NCBI GenBank assembly: GCA_964016885.1
Contig: OZ024740.1
Span: 356,190,001 to 356,254,000 of the forward strand
Length of the DNA stretch: 64,000 bases
Reading direction: 5' to 3'
Origin: Eledone cirrhosa
Taxonomy: Eukaryota
A model generated the notes under the pieces. It was not told where the DNA came from, ran no database searches, and was given only the letters and a program-made list of their open reading frames with translations. Numbering within the stretch: the stretch's first letter is position 1; the number at the start of each line of letters is the position of its first letter. The position numbers and the translations under genes were made by a program. Positions 27,087-40,474 of the stretch are shown here, one piece after another.

Positions 27087-29176
27087 CACTAGCCAACACC
27101 AAATTTGTTGTCCAAGTCTTTTTTAGCTCAATCAGGTCAACTTTTTGATGTATCTCCACATGATGTTTTTTTTACGTTTTTGTTTGTATGATACAACATT
27201 CTTTCTTATTTTTTTAAATAAACGAATTCGGAAGCGTTTACATGCACCAAGTTTTGATTAACTGGTATTTTTTTTTGTTTTTTTGCAGGTAAATAAAATG
27301 GATTCGACCAGATCTTGCAAAAATAAGCCCGATCTATTCTGCTACATCTGTGGCGAGTACCCCGTTGTTCCTAACAGGAATCCAGTCACAAGTTTCACAA
27401 AGCCTGCTTACCATGCTTATTTTGGTATGAAACTTGGTGACTAGGATAAAGCTTGGGCGCCACATATATGATGCAAGACATGCACCGAGTATCTGCGTCA
27501 TTGGACCAAGGGCAAGAATAGTTGTCTGAACTTTGGAATTCCCATGGTTTGGAGGGAGCCGACAAACCATGGCACTGACTGCTACTTCTGTGCTATTGAT
27601 TTAACTGGGATCAATAGAAAGAACCGGAGCAGCTTCAAGTGTATCCTGAATGAACACGCCATCCTGTAGCTTATTGTGATGAAATTCCAGTACCTGTTTT
27701 TGGAGAACCTCCTGACATTAGTGACGATGATTCCTCCAGTATTGAAGAACAGGAAGGAAAAGAAGTGATTCTTGACGATGATACTCTACATTCCTTTTCC
27801 CCAAAAGGAGCTAAATGATATAGTTCGCGATCTCAGCTTGTCAAAGTCCTCTGCCGGGCATCCAGATTGAAGGAAAAAAACATCCTCTCTATGACAGTGC
27901 TCGCATCACCTTCTACCGCAACATACATCAAGTGTACCTCCGGTTTTTTCCTCTGAAGAGAAGGACTCGGTGTACTGTACAGATATTGTGCAGCTTTATC
28001 ACAAGATTGGAGTGCCACAGTACCAATCCGAAGATTGAAGACTTGATTGACAACAGCAAGTGATCTCTGAAATATGTTCTGCTGCACAACGGCAACCAGT
28101 CTGCCTCAGTATTCTTCGCTCACACGACTGCACTGAAGGAGAAGTATGAAGCGATGAAGTATGTGCTGAAGAAAATTCTTTATGACAGTATGAGTGGTTG
28201 ATTTGTGTTGACCTGAAGATGGTGAACGTTATGTTGGGACAACAGTCTGGGTTCACCAAGTACCCGTGCTTTCTGTACATGTGGAACAGTAGGGACCAAG
28301 CTCAGCATTACACGAAAAAGGACTGGCCTGCACGGGAGAAATTGGTGCCTTGCAGAGCAAGGAACATAATATTCAACCATCTGGGGGACAAATACAGGAT
28401 ACTCTTCCCACCGCTACACATCAAGCTCGGCTTGATCAAACAGTTCACCAAAGCTCTGGACAAAGATGATGGCTGCTTTACTTGTGCCACACTTTTCTAG
28501 GATTGAACATGGAGAAGTTGAAAAATGGCATCTTTGACGGCCCTCAACTCCGTCAGCTCATCAGAGATCAAGAGTTTGACAACTCAATGAACGAAGTGGA
28601 ACTGGAAGCGTGGAAGGCTTTTGTTCTGGTGGCGAAGAACTTTCTTAGCAACAACAAGACCATGAACTACGCAGAACTTGCCACAAATATGCTGACTACT
28701 TTCAGAAACCTCTCAGGACATGAAAGAGATGGAGACCATATATCAGGTACACTGGGATGCAATCATGATGGCTGATTACTGTCTCTCTGAAGAGAGACAT
28801 CCCTGCCGCTGAGCATTCTAGGAGTTTGAAGACACGGAAGTTCAAGCCCTGAATTTTGAACAATGATGGCCTTTATCAATCTCTACTATTCAATGTACAC
28901 TAATCAATTTTTGCAACATTTAATTAATGAATTATATTAGAAAGCGATTCTTTTCTTTTAAATCGGATGAGAAATATTATAAAAAATCAACCAAAAATGT
29001 CACAAAAGTGTAATCGATTTAGTCAGAAGACCGCTTTTTTTCAATCGACTTAGCACAAAAACCTGACCTGATCGAGAGAAACGGATATTACTTTCAGATT
29101 CAGCAGTACAAAATTGTCCTAAATCTGTTGAAAAAGTTTAGATGACTTACAAAAAGAATCTTTTTGTTACGCAGTG
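27087..29176 (+). mobile_element. Chapaev3-like (CMC group) DNA transposon, end-to-end copy
   Basis: TAA|CACTAGCCAACA ... TGTTACGCAGTG|TAA: CAC/GTG termini, imperfect TIRs and a 3-bp TAA duplication enclosing a transposase pseudogene. Confidence 0.7.
27298..28852 (+). pseudogene. Chapaev3-like transposase with stops, frameshifts and an internal deletion
   Basis: MDSTRSCKNKPDLFCYICGEY...KLGD*DKAWAPH...PMVWREPTNHGTDCYFC; ICVDLKMVNVMLGQQSGFTKYPC; FPPLHIKLGLIKQFTKAL; GIFDGPQLRQL; MMADYC. A splice-acceptor-like TTTTTTGCAG lies just upstream of the ATG. Confidence 0.8.
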
Positions 29177-29395
29177 TAATTTGTTATAGGCATCCAGTCA
29201 TGTGTTTAATCACACAAGTATACATTCATTGATATATATAAATATATATATAAATACACACACATGTTGGCTGATGACATAAAGAAGCAGCTGTCTGTTC
29301 GTCATATGTAACTATCTATATATGGATTGTAATGTCCAGTTACTGTAGGTTCACCAGAGTGAAGGACATTCATATATATATATATATATATATAT

Positions 29396-30265
<870 letters not shown>

Positions 30266-30364
30266 GATTTTTTTCAGCTTTTGTCTTATACGGAGAAGTG
30301 CGTGTGTGTGTGTGTGTATATAAGTCTCTTTGTATGTTGATGTACGCGTGTGTATGTGTTTGTG

Positions 30365-30437
<73 letters not shown>

Positions 30438-31774
30438 ACCAGTATTTTTTCCCCCTGGTAAAATGGTGTACATTATTCGATTTTTTCAGTAAAATCGGTT
30501 CTCTTAATAGAACATCAAAAATCTTAACAATAAAAGGTGTGAAATGATATTCACTATATATATATACACATACATATATTCACTACATATATATATATAT
30601 ACATATATACATACATATATATGCACATATATTTCTTTGTATTGCACCATAGAGCATGTGTGTTTACGTGTGTCATTGTGTTTATATGTGGGTAGAGATG
30701 TGTGCTGATGTAGGTATGTATGTTGACGTGTGTATGTTGTGGGTCGTAAAATTATAAATTTGTAGAAATTTGTTGAAAAAAAAAGAAATTTCTACAAATT
30801 TCATACTTGACGATCCAATATATATATGTATATATATATATATATATGTGAGGGTGGGGAATGAATCCATTTGAACTTAAACATAAAAAAGCGTATTTAA
30901 ATAAGTTCGGTGCTTCTATGTTTCCGCAAGTCTGTCGCACTAAATATTGACATAATTATCTAAAATATATGAATTCTACTCTCATCCGACCAAAACGTAT
31001 TTGTGTAGTCGTTTTGTGCATGTATATTGATAAATGCTGTGAATGTGAATTAAAACTTGTGAGGCATCAAAGAAGATATGAAAACAAACCTTTATTAACG
31101 GGGGCAGCTCTAAAAAATCAACCGAAGAGTTTTTTAATCGATTTATTTTTTACTTTTTATACAAAAACAAATAAATATAGGAATAAAATGGCCACCGTTT
31201 GTTTTTTCCATTATTCCCATTTAAGAATCTTGTCATCACCGAATTCATTAAATAACTCCACTCTACAAAAATCTCTCACTATCTCATTTGCAGTCAAGTC
31301 ACATCTGAAAGTCAGTTATGGTTTTATATACTAATAAAATACCACGTATTTTTTTTCCCTTACAAAAAGACATTTATCTTAATCTACTTTGAAATTCTGT
31401 CAGTTCTCAATGACAAACTCTTGTATTTCCTAAGGCGGAATTATCATAACGACATTGTCAATATCAATATATTTTTCGCACTGTGAAATGCATCGTGCAG
31501 TGAGTGGTAATATTTGACGAGATGAGATTACGACGCTATTTCGTTTCTCGCTTAACTAGTTTGGGGAAAGGAATAAACGCAACAACATCCAATTCCCTCC
31601 TTACATTTATGGGCCTTTGAGTTTGGTATAAAAGACAGAAAACCATTACAGTACTCGTTTGGAACGATGTCTTTCAATTTAAGTTACAAATATCATGATT
31701 TGGATGCTCCGGTAAACTGTTCAAAATACAGTGTGCAAAATACAGACTAGTTCGAGGAAGTTGTTTAAATCCGT

Positions 31775-32112
31775 ATTAGCCACACCTACCTTCTGCTAAG
31801 AAACTTGTTTTGCAATCATGAGGTCTCCGGTTCAATCCCCTTGCGTCGCATTTAGGGTAGGTGACTTGACCATAGCTTCGAAGTAACTGAAGTTTTACGA
31901 GTAGGCGGAAATTGCGTGGAAGCTGGTCGGAAGAATTTACTTCTAATTTAAAGGTCCAACATTATTACATACTGTGTCACACATACCCGGCTTTGCAACT
32001 GTGCCAGGGGTACGTCTATCAGCGGAATATTTAGCTACTTACACATTGATTTAAAGAGTCGAATGTTCAGTTGATCGGTCAACTGAATACTCATCGTGGA
32101 AACCGACGGAGG
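31775..32112 (+). mobile_element. SINE family B-like, diverged
   Basis: GGTTCAATCCCC B box followed by a body matching family B in reverse. Confidence 0.55.
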
Positions 32113-32464
32113 ATGCAGCAGCTGCAAGAAGAATTTGTACGATGCAAACTAATGCATTTCACTTTTAGTTCTTTAGTAATAGTTAGCTAAAGAAATAAAA
32201 GAAAACCAATAATGATTGGTTAGAAATATGAAAACAATCAATGATTGCAATTTACAAAGATGGTGAGTTGGAAGAATTGTTAATGCTTTTATCGTTTACC
32301 TGAAATATTTTCTCATTTTCTACGCCGTAAATTTAATTCGTGTCTGACTCGACATTTATTTATGTATTCCGTCATTCTGGGATCCATACACAACTTATAT
32401 GGTATTTGTATATCATGAGAATTAATAGAGGAAAAAGCAAAATGGTGACAGTAGAAAGGTTGAA

Positions 32465-32795
32465 TGAGGATGAGGATGATGATGCTGGTGATGATGATGA
32501 TGATGGTGATGGTGATGGTGATGATGATGATGATGATGATGATAGTGATGATGATACTGGTGATGGTGATGTTGGCGATGGTGGTAATGATGATGATGAT
32601 GATGCTGGTGGTGGTGGTTAAGGTGGTGTGATGATGATGATGGTGGTGGTGAAGGTGATGATGATGATGCTAGTGATGATGATGGTGATGGTGATGATGA
32701 AAAAGATTGATGATGAAAGCGATTGATGATGGCAATGAGGGTGATGATGATGAAGTGGATGCTGATGATGCTGATAAAGTGGATGAAGGTGATGG

Positions 32796-32842
<47 letters not shown>
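32465..32842. repeat. Degenerate (GAT/GGT)n trinucleotide array
   Basis: Direct reading. Confidence 0.9.
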
Positions 32843-32843
<1 letters not shown>

Positions 32844-33019
32844 GACACCATTTAACTGTGATTTCAGTCTACCAAAGAACCAAGAGGCTGGAACGACTAG
32901 AAGAATATATTTTAGTTTTCTTTAACGATTTTCAAGATTACACGACATACCTCAATGTGACTATTAAAGAAAAATAAATTTCAATTGCCGAATCAAAATA
33001 TCGTTGGTTGCATTATGGT

Positions 33020-33322
33020 AGACCTCCGTCGGTTCCGAGGATGAATGTTCCAGTTGTTTCAACTACGGAACAGCTGGCTTGTGACATTAACTTGCAAAGT
33101 AGATGAACATTTCACAGACACGTGCATCCCTAACGTAATCCTCAGGGAGATTCAGTGTGTGATATGGCTGGCTCTTGGAATTTCAGGTGAAATTATCTCT
33201 GATAGCTGCCTGGATTGAAGCTACATGAAATAAAATGTTTTATTCAAGAACACAATTGAATAGAATTCACGACCTTACGATCGTGAGCCGAACACCCTAA
33301 GTATTAAGCAACGCATCTTCAT
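33020..33322 (-). mobile_element. SINE family B
   Basis: GACCTTACGATCGTGAGCCGAACACCCTAA head plus family body. Confidence 0.75.
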
Positions 33323-34225
33323 TGGTCACATTAAGACACTATTAACATACTTCAGTCTTATTATTTTCAGTAAACTGACGCAAATCAAATTAGTCTACCA
33401 CAGGTTTTGTCCATTATTTAAAGGAGCTGAACCATGCCGACTCTCTTAATCACTGGCTTTTTCAGCTTGCTTTTATTTAGCCTAAGTCTCCAGAGGGTCA
33501 CCACATAATCCAATAAATCTAATAGTTTTTACTAGTTACAAAACAACACCAACGCCGAAAATAACTAATATCCTCACAGTTCAGCGAATAAATCTGCACG
33601 CGGACTTACAATAGATTCTGATATAGAAAAGTCGTTTTCACACGGACGTATAATCGAAACACATAGCCCTCTTGAAAGGGAAAAGGGACATTAGAAAAAG
33701 CAGGCAAATCTCCCTTAAAGCATACACTATCATTATAAATTAATAAAGAACTACTGATATAGAAAAGTCGAGACAATATTGTTATTGATTGAAGCTTTTC
33801 ATCATTTGTTTGCTCGACCAAGGCTGACACGGAGTTAGTTAAACAACAATAACAATTTCAATGAATTCTGTTAATATATTTAGAAATCACAGCGATTTTA
33901 GATTACATACACTTAAGATTTAATTGCTGTGTTGTTACGGATTGCCTTTTAATAACTTTATTTTGAACCGTTAAGTCATAGACTCATTAATTATATAACT
34001 TGTTATAAATATACACATATACACCCACGTGTGCTCACACAAACACATATATATCAGATGCTACTAGTTAAGACTAATGTGGCCATTATTCAACTTAGTG
34101 CGCCATACTTATTGAAAGTAGAGTGTGGATATTAGTATAGGCTAGAATGCTCTGCAGTTAAGCTTCAACTGTTTCGAAACAATTTGAATGTTTACGATTA
34201 ACAGTAGGGATTTCTGTCTCATAAC

Positions 34226-34295
<70 letters not shown>

Positions 34296-34298
<3 letters not shown>

Positions 34299-34821
34299 CA
34301 AGGTTTAGCAAATAGAGAAAAAGTTTTAAAATAAATTTAAAAAAGTTTACTCTACCTACTATATTTACCCTTACCGCGCGGTTTCAAGTCTCAAAATAAA
34401 TGGATAATCCATTGAGAAGAAGACTTTCGTCAGAGGGTTCATCTCGCTTGGAGAATATAAAATTCCCGAGTTCAAATCACGAACTGGCGCCATACAGAAC
34501 TGTTCCCAGATGAGAGTGTATGATGAAGAAACAATCTTGTCTAGTGCCGTGTGTAAAGATAGAAGGCAAGGCTTCTCAATGGATTTCCGCATGGATTATC
34601 CATTTATTTTGAGACTTGAAACCGCGCGGTAAGGGTAAATATAGTAGGTACAGTAAACTTTTTAAAATATATTTTAAAACTTTTTCTCTATTTGCTAAAC
34701 TTTGATTATATATGTTCTGGTTCGTTAATTTATTAACCTGCCATAGAACCACCTTGGCATACGGTTGGATAATACATGTGTCCCTGTATGCATTTTTTGC
34801 ATGTAGGAAAACATACTTTAT
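34296..34821. mobile_element. Non-coding fold-back insert in (TA)n with hammerhead motif and one-sided tail
   Basis: Inverted arms 34296-34412 / 34591-34707; tail 34714-34821; (TA)n on both sides. Confidence 0.8.
34367..34438 (-). ncRNA. Type I hammerhead ribozyme motif with long stem II
   Basis: Minus strand reads ACCCT CTGACGA AAGTCT...AGACTT GAAA CCGCGCGG TA AGGGT: perfect 5-bp stem I and palindromic stem III. Confidence 0.9.
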
Positions 34822-35736
34822 TATATATATATATGCATACATACACACAGACGCACATAAACACACATACATCACACACACATATATACACACACATACA
34901 CACCAGACACATATTTATGTAAACCACTGTTGAAATATGACAAACTTCTGTTTGCATTATAATAATATTTGTTGTAAATCATTTTTGCGTATCTATCCCC
35001 AAGGGTTACTAGAATTTCGGCGCTTAGGATAAGGTTGACCAACCTGTGTATTAGTGGCAATAAGAAAATTGCCATTTGGGAGCGAAGTACACGAGACGAC
35101 AACACACATGACATAAAACGGTCTAGCGACCGAAGAACAAAGATTTCGACGTTAAATACGTATAAGACAACAGAAGGCTTTTGTGATTAAAATAAAATGC
35201 AAGAGAAACAGAACGATACAGAATTATGTACGAAAATATCGCTGTGGAGAAACGTTGGAACACGCTCTTTGAATGGAAAGAAAACCAGAGGTAGCATTGA
35301 ATGAGAATAGGTCACGTGACCTGTAACGTATCTGGATGGAGGAAAATAGTGAGAAAATTTATGAAAGAATATGTGGGAATAGGAGAAGGATAGATTGCAC
35401 TCTGGAAAAGATTAGGATGGGATAGAAAATACGAGAGGGAGAGGGAGAGAGAGGGGAGAGAGTGAGAGTGATAGGAATAGAGGGAGCGAGAGAGAGAGTG
35501 ATATATATATATATATATATATATATTGTTATACTTGGGGAGGGTCATATTTGCGTAATATTGCCAGAATTAATAACAGAACACACTCACTGTTTGGTTG
35601 GTTTTCGCTTCTCGCTGTCTTTTATATCTGCGATCTAACTTACTCGGTCCTCAATGTTGCCATTGACTGACCGACGGTCAAAAATAATACAGATACAATA
35701 TAGACACAAACACATATATATAGTTTACATAATTTA

Positions 35737-35774
35737 CATAAATCTTTCGTTGCACATCTGCAACATCGTCAGTG
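35737..35774 (-). ncRNA. Minimal hammerhead ribozyme motif (PLE-2 left arm)
   Basis: Minus strand reads CA CTGACGA t GTTGCA gatg TGCAAC GAAA GATT TA TG; stem I is short. Confidence 0.7.
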
Positions 35775-36046
35775 GTGTTATATTTTTTTCCTCCTGTTGT
35801 GTTGTATGTCTACGCCATTTTTTATTCAGTCTGTCTATATATTTATTTATTTATTTGCTTGTTTGTTTATTTTATTTTGTCTTCTTTGCGCATGCGTTTG
35901 CGTGTGTGTATAGTGTTATGTGTGCTGTGTGACTAGTGTGTATAGTGTTGTGTCTGTTGGGTGACTAGTGTGTGTTTATGTGCTTGTTGTTATTGTGCTT
36001 GTGTATGTATTTATTTATCTTATTTTATTTTATTTTATTTACTTAT

Positions 36047-36487
36047 TTATACTTCTCTTAGGTCAGTGTTGTTTGTTTGGGTGTTGTTGTTGTTCCACTC
36101 ATTCTTTCTGTTTAGCTTTGGTCTTCTAATTTCTATTTCACTGGCCTCTCTGATTTGCCTATCTGCTGGGTCATTCCTATGTTTAGATATTATTCTAATT
36201 TCTATGTTGTCTATGTTACCGTCATGTTGTTGTCTAGCATGTTCGTATAGTACTGACCCGTTTATTCGTCCTTTTAGTTACCCCCAGTGTTGGTCTATCC
36301 TTTCACCTATGCTACGAGCTGTCTCACCTATGTATGTTGTTGTCATGTTTCTGCAAGTACCCTCTGTACATCTTATGCTATAGACTACGTTTCTAGTTTT
36401 ACAGTTTATCCGGGGGTTCACCTTACATATGATACATTTCCTATTGGTACAGTGGGTTTTCTTAAAAGGGTAGGTTTTGCTGATCAG
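36047..36487 (-). pseudogene. Penelope-like GIY-YIG endonuclease C-terminus with one premature stop
   Basis: CTNRKCIIC...CKTRNVVYSIRCTEGTC...YIGETARSIGERIDQHWG*LKGRINGSVLYEH...RQIREASEIEIRRPKLNRKNEW...; terminal stop at 36047-36049. Confidence 0.9.
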
Positions 36488-36653
36488 CAGATAAAATCCC
36501 TGATCAGCAAAACCTACCCTACACACGCAAACGCATGCGCAAAGAAGACAAAATAAAATAAACAAACAAGCAAATAAATAAATAAATATATAGACAGACT
36601 GAATAAAAAATGGCGTAGACATACAACACAACAGGAGGAAAAAAATATAACAC

Positions 36654-36692
36654 CACTGACGATGTTGCAGATGTGCAACGAAAGATTTATGT
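36654..36692 (+). ncRNA. Minimal hammerhead ribozyme motif (PLE-2 right arm)
   Basis: CTGACGA at 36656-36662, stem II GTTGCA/TGCAAC, then GAAAGATTTA. Confidence 0.7.
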
Positions 36693-36945
36693 AAATTATG
36701 TAAACTATATATATGTGTTTGTGTCTATGTTGTATCTGTATTATTTTTGACCGTCGGTCAGTCAATGGCAACATTGAGGACCGAGTAAGTTAGATCGCAG
36801 ATATAAAAGACAGCGAGAAGCGAAAACCAACCAAACAGTGAGTGTGTTCTGTTATTAATTCTGGCAATATTACGCAAATATGACCCTCCCCAAGTATAAC
36901 AATATCTGTTTCGACACACGATTTCATATAAAAAACCTCGCTAAA

Positions 36946-36985
<40 letters not shown>

Positions 36986-36989
<4 letters not shown>

Positions 36990-37387
36990 AAAGAATAGAG
37001 GTGTAACACACAAGTTATTATATATTGGTAAACGGAATAGAAAATGCTGACAAATTGTTCACAGTTGAAAAATAGTTTAATTAGGAATAAAAGAGTATTA
37101 GTAATTGTATTGGTTAGTATTCAGTTGTGGTTTTAAGTTTTTACCGGTTGCGCATTTCTAAATGCTTTTCAAAAATAATTTTGAGATAGAGTGTCCGTGT
37201 TGTTTGCTCTGATCTGATTAGTTTTGGGAATTCTACCTGTTTTTATGTTAAAAAAGTGGTTCCAGCGCTACTTGGTATTGCAAAAATTCTTGTGGTCAAA
37301 ACAATTTTGATTGGTCGGTAGAGGTCACGTGAATGTAAAAAATTGATTTTGCGCCAAGACTGAGAAATGACTCTTTCACAACAAATA

Positions 37388-37428
<41 letters not shown>

Positions 37429-37516
37429 TAGTAGTAAAGTGTTCGATGTTGTGACAATGGTTAGCAGGGATGTGTGCGAACCGTAGCCTGTTGACAGTTC
37501 AAATGGCTATTAAGGT

Positions 37517-37579
<63 letters not shown>

Positions 37580-38154
37580 GCAGAGTAATTCGTGGTAGCG
37601 ATTATCACAACATCGAACACTTTACTACTACTACTACTACTACACACACACACACACACACACATATTTGTTGTGAAAGAGTCACTTCTCAGTCTTGGCG
37701 CAAAATCAATTTTTTACATTCACATGACCTCTACCGACCAATCAAAATTGTTTTGACCACAAGAATTTTTGCAACACCAAGTAGCGCTGGAGCCACTTTT
37801 TTAACATAAAAACAGTCTTGGCGCAAAATCTATTTTTTACATTCACATGACCTCTACCAACCAATCAAAATTGTTTTGACCACAAGAATTTTTGCCACAC
37901 CAAGTAGCGCTGGAACCACTTTTTTAACATAAAAACAGGTAGAATTCCCAAAACTAATCAGATCAGAGCAAACAACACGGACACTCTATCTCAAAATTAT
38001 TTTTGAAAAGCATTTAGAAATGCGCAACCGGTAAAAACTTAAAAACTTAAAACCACAACTGAATACTAACCAATACAATTACTAATACTCTTTTATTCCT
38101 AATTAAACTATTTTTCAACTGTGAACAATTTGTCAGCATTTTCTATTCCGTTTA

Positions 38155-38160
<6 letters not shown>
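36986..38160. mobile_element. Non-coding fold-back element (family PLE-V) in (TA)n
   Basis: About 35-nt tail 36986-37020; inverted arms 37021-37455 / 37601-38160; variant hammerhead in each arm. Confidence 0.8.
38000..38037 (+). ncRNA. Candidate variant hammerhead (U3-A8, C13 core)
   Basis: TTT TTGAAAA GCATTT ag AAATGC GCAA CCGG TA AAA; the same motif is on the minus strand at 37138-37175 and 29518-29555. Confidence 0.6.
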
Positions 38161-38189
<29 letters not shown>

Positions 38190-38191
<2 letters not shown>

Positions 38192-38385
38192 AGAAAGAGA
38201 GAGAGAGAGAAAGAGAGAGAAAGAGAGAGAAATAGAGAGAAAGAGAGAGAAAGAGAGAGAAAGAGAGAGAAAGAGAAAGAGAGAAATTACGATAGAATGA
38301 GGAAAAATGGAGAGGAGGGATAGAGAGATAGAACAAGAAGGAGAAGAAGAAGAAGAAGAAGAAGAAGAAGAAGAAAAGAGAGAGA

Positions 38386-38448
<63 letters not shown>
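38190..38448. repeat. Polypurine (GA)n/(GAA)n tract
   Basis: Direct reading. Confidence 0.9.
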
Positions 38449-38450
<2 letters not shown>

Positions 38451-38970
38451 TGTTTCGCAGAAATAGAACGTAATAACAATGTTGATGCATGTCAAGGCAA
38501 ATTCTGTGTGCGCTAGTAGCAACAGTGGTCGTTAAATTAAGCGCAGAGGACAATAAAAAGAGACTTTATCTAATGTAATATATTATTCAATAAAGAAAAA
38601 GAAGCATATATTAGATTAGATAACCTATCTTCAATAAATTATGACCGAAAAAATATTACATGGTTAAGGCTGGAATTTCTTTGATTATTGGTCTCCTTGG
38701 TCATATACGATCTACAGCTAAACAACAATTTGTTGACTCGGAATTGTATGTTGTTTAGCTATTGTAGTTAGTATTGCATTCGAACATGGCAATGGCGTGT
38801 TTATGTATTCACTGTTTTCTTTTCTGAATATTTGGTTGTTTTTTAGCTCCAGGTAAATCCTGAGGAAGCCGTTTTATTATCAAATACGATCTGGCCCTGA
38901 TCCCCCGAAAATTTCTTCAAACAATATGTTATTTAACAATATGTTATTTAACTACATTATCTAATATCTT

Positions 38971-39078
38971 ATCCTGCCGAGGTTAACTTTGCCTTTCATA
39001 CTTACGGAGTCGATAAAATAAAGTACCAGTAATACACTGGATAATTTCTGGCCTTGTGCCAAAAGTAGAAACAATTAT
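38971..39078 (+). mobile_element. 5'-truncated SINE family A with 15-bp TSD
   Basis: TSD ATTATCTAATATCTT at 38956-38970 and 39074-39088. Confidence 0.9.
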
Positions 39079-40474
39079 CTAATATCTTTATTTTATTTTC
39101 TATATTTTCTTTTAAAATGGTATATAATCATTTGAAGGTATATACGTATGCTATTTTGAAATGGCTAAGTGCTCTCAGCTATAATAAAGACCTTTGAATA
39201 ACTGATGAATGTCGCTGGCTACTCTTCCCCATCTTGTCTGCACTATTGATCTAAGATGTACCGCCCAGCCAAAGATGTAGAATTTACATCCCCCGTCTTT
39301 CTACTCTTTTCTTTAAATTTAATTTTTCTTGTTTCCCATTTTTTCTTTTTCTCTTTTTTCTAGTATTTAAATGTTTTAAACACTTTTATTATTGTATATC
39401 ATAAATATGTAGATCAAATAAAATTGCTATAATTATTCATTTATACAAAAATAAAAATTGTTTACGTGCTGTGTTCAAATTTCCCAATTGTCTGCAGTGG
39501 ACGCAGCATGGATGCACAATCATCAGGTCCCATGTTCAATCTCACTTCGTGTCATTTACCATAGCCTTGGGTCGACCTAAGATTTTTGAGTGAAATTAGG
39601 TAGATGAAAACGGTTTGGAAGCCTGTTGGATGTAATTAAAGGGCCAGCCTTGTCAGACACTGTGTCACGCTGAATCTCTGTGAAATGCTCAACCACTTAC
39701 ACTATTGAATAATTGGAATGCGCATCTTCGAGTCCGACGGAGATTCATTTCAGAGACTTTAGTAAAGGTACAGGGCATCAACTCGAAATTGAAACCGTGT
39801 TTTGAAGACTCAACAGAAATGTACCTAAATTCATGTTGTTTAGCTCCAGGTCAGTCATGATTGAGAAAAGCACTCAAACCTTAATCATTCTGTCTTTTAT
39901 TCAGACACAGTGTATCTAGAACTGTAGTATCTAACTTGATCTTTTAAAAAATGCATTTGCCTTTTGTGTTTCTAATAAATTGAGCAACCACATAAATGCA
40001 CTCATTATTGCTTGAGGTGTTACGATATCTCCAGTTGTCAGTTGTCTTATAGAGTTGTAGTACTTTAAACATCAAGAATCAGTTATTAAAATGCTTGTAG
40101 CTTGCCATAACATATTGAAGGATTCGTAAATTTCAGATTCGAGCAAATAAAAATAACAATATCATTCAATTCTAAAATGAACTTTGATAAAATGAACTCT
40201 TTGTGTATTTCTATGTTTTTCCTCGCTGGTCTTTCGTATCTAGCGAAAACAGCAGGCTTCTCCATATGCATTTGATATCAGTTTCTTCGTGTTTAAATTG
40301 CAAAACGATCTATCAATACTGAATACAATCGCAATGATTGCATAAATATCGATGCGAAGTACTTCAGCTATCAACAGCCGTCAATTCAAACCACATAGAT
40401 TACCAAACATCTATTAAGTTAATTGTTATAATATCCAAATCTTTTGAATAATGTTTCCATAAATCCAGAATGAA

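Larger units (their letters stand above)
35522..36950 (-). mobile_element. 5'-truncated Penelope-like element (PLE-2) with long inverted pseudo-LTRs, in (TA)n
   Basis: About 385-bp arms 35522-35908 / 36521-36905 (one mismatch seen); GIY-YIG between them; about 45-nt tail 36906-36950. Confidence 0.9.

Noticed and set aside
29268-29275. Isolated CTGATGA heptamers (also 10071 and 14044)
   Set aside because: No stem II/GAAA/UH context; expected by chance.
30969-31334. 121-aa plus-strand ORF
   Set aside because: AT-rich, no motifs recognised; likely a chance ORF.
32340-32977. Poly-Asp, poly-His and poly-Met ORFs
   Set aside because: Degenerate (GAT)n array open in several frames, interrupted by a stop, with no domain context.
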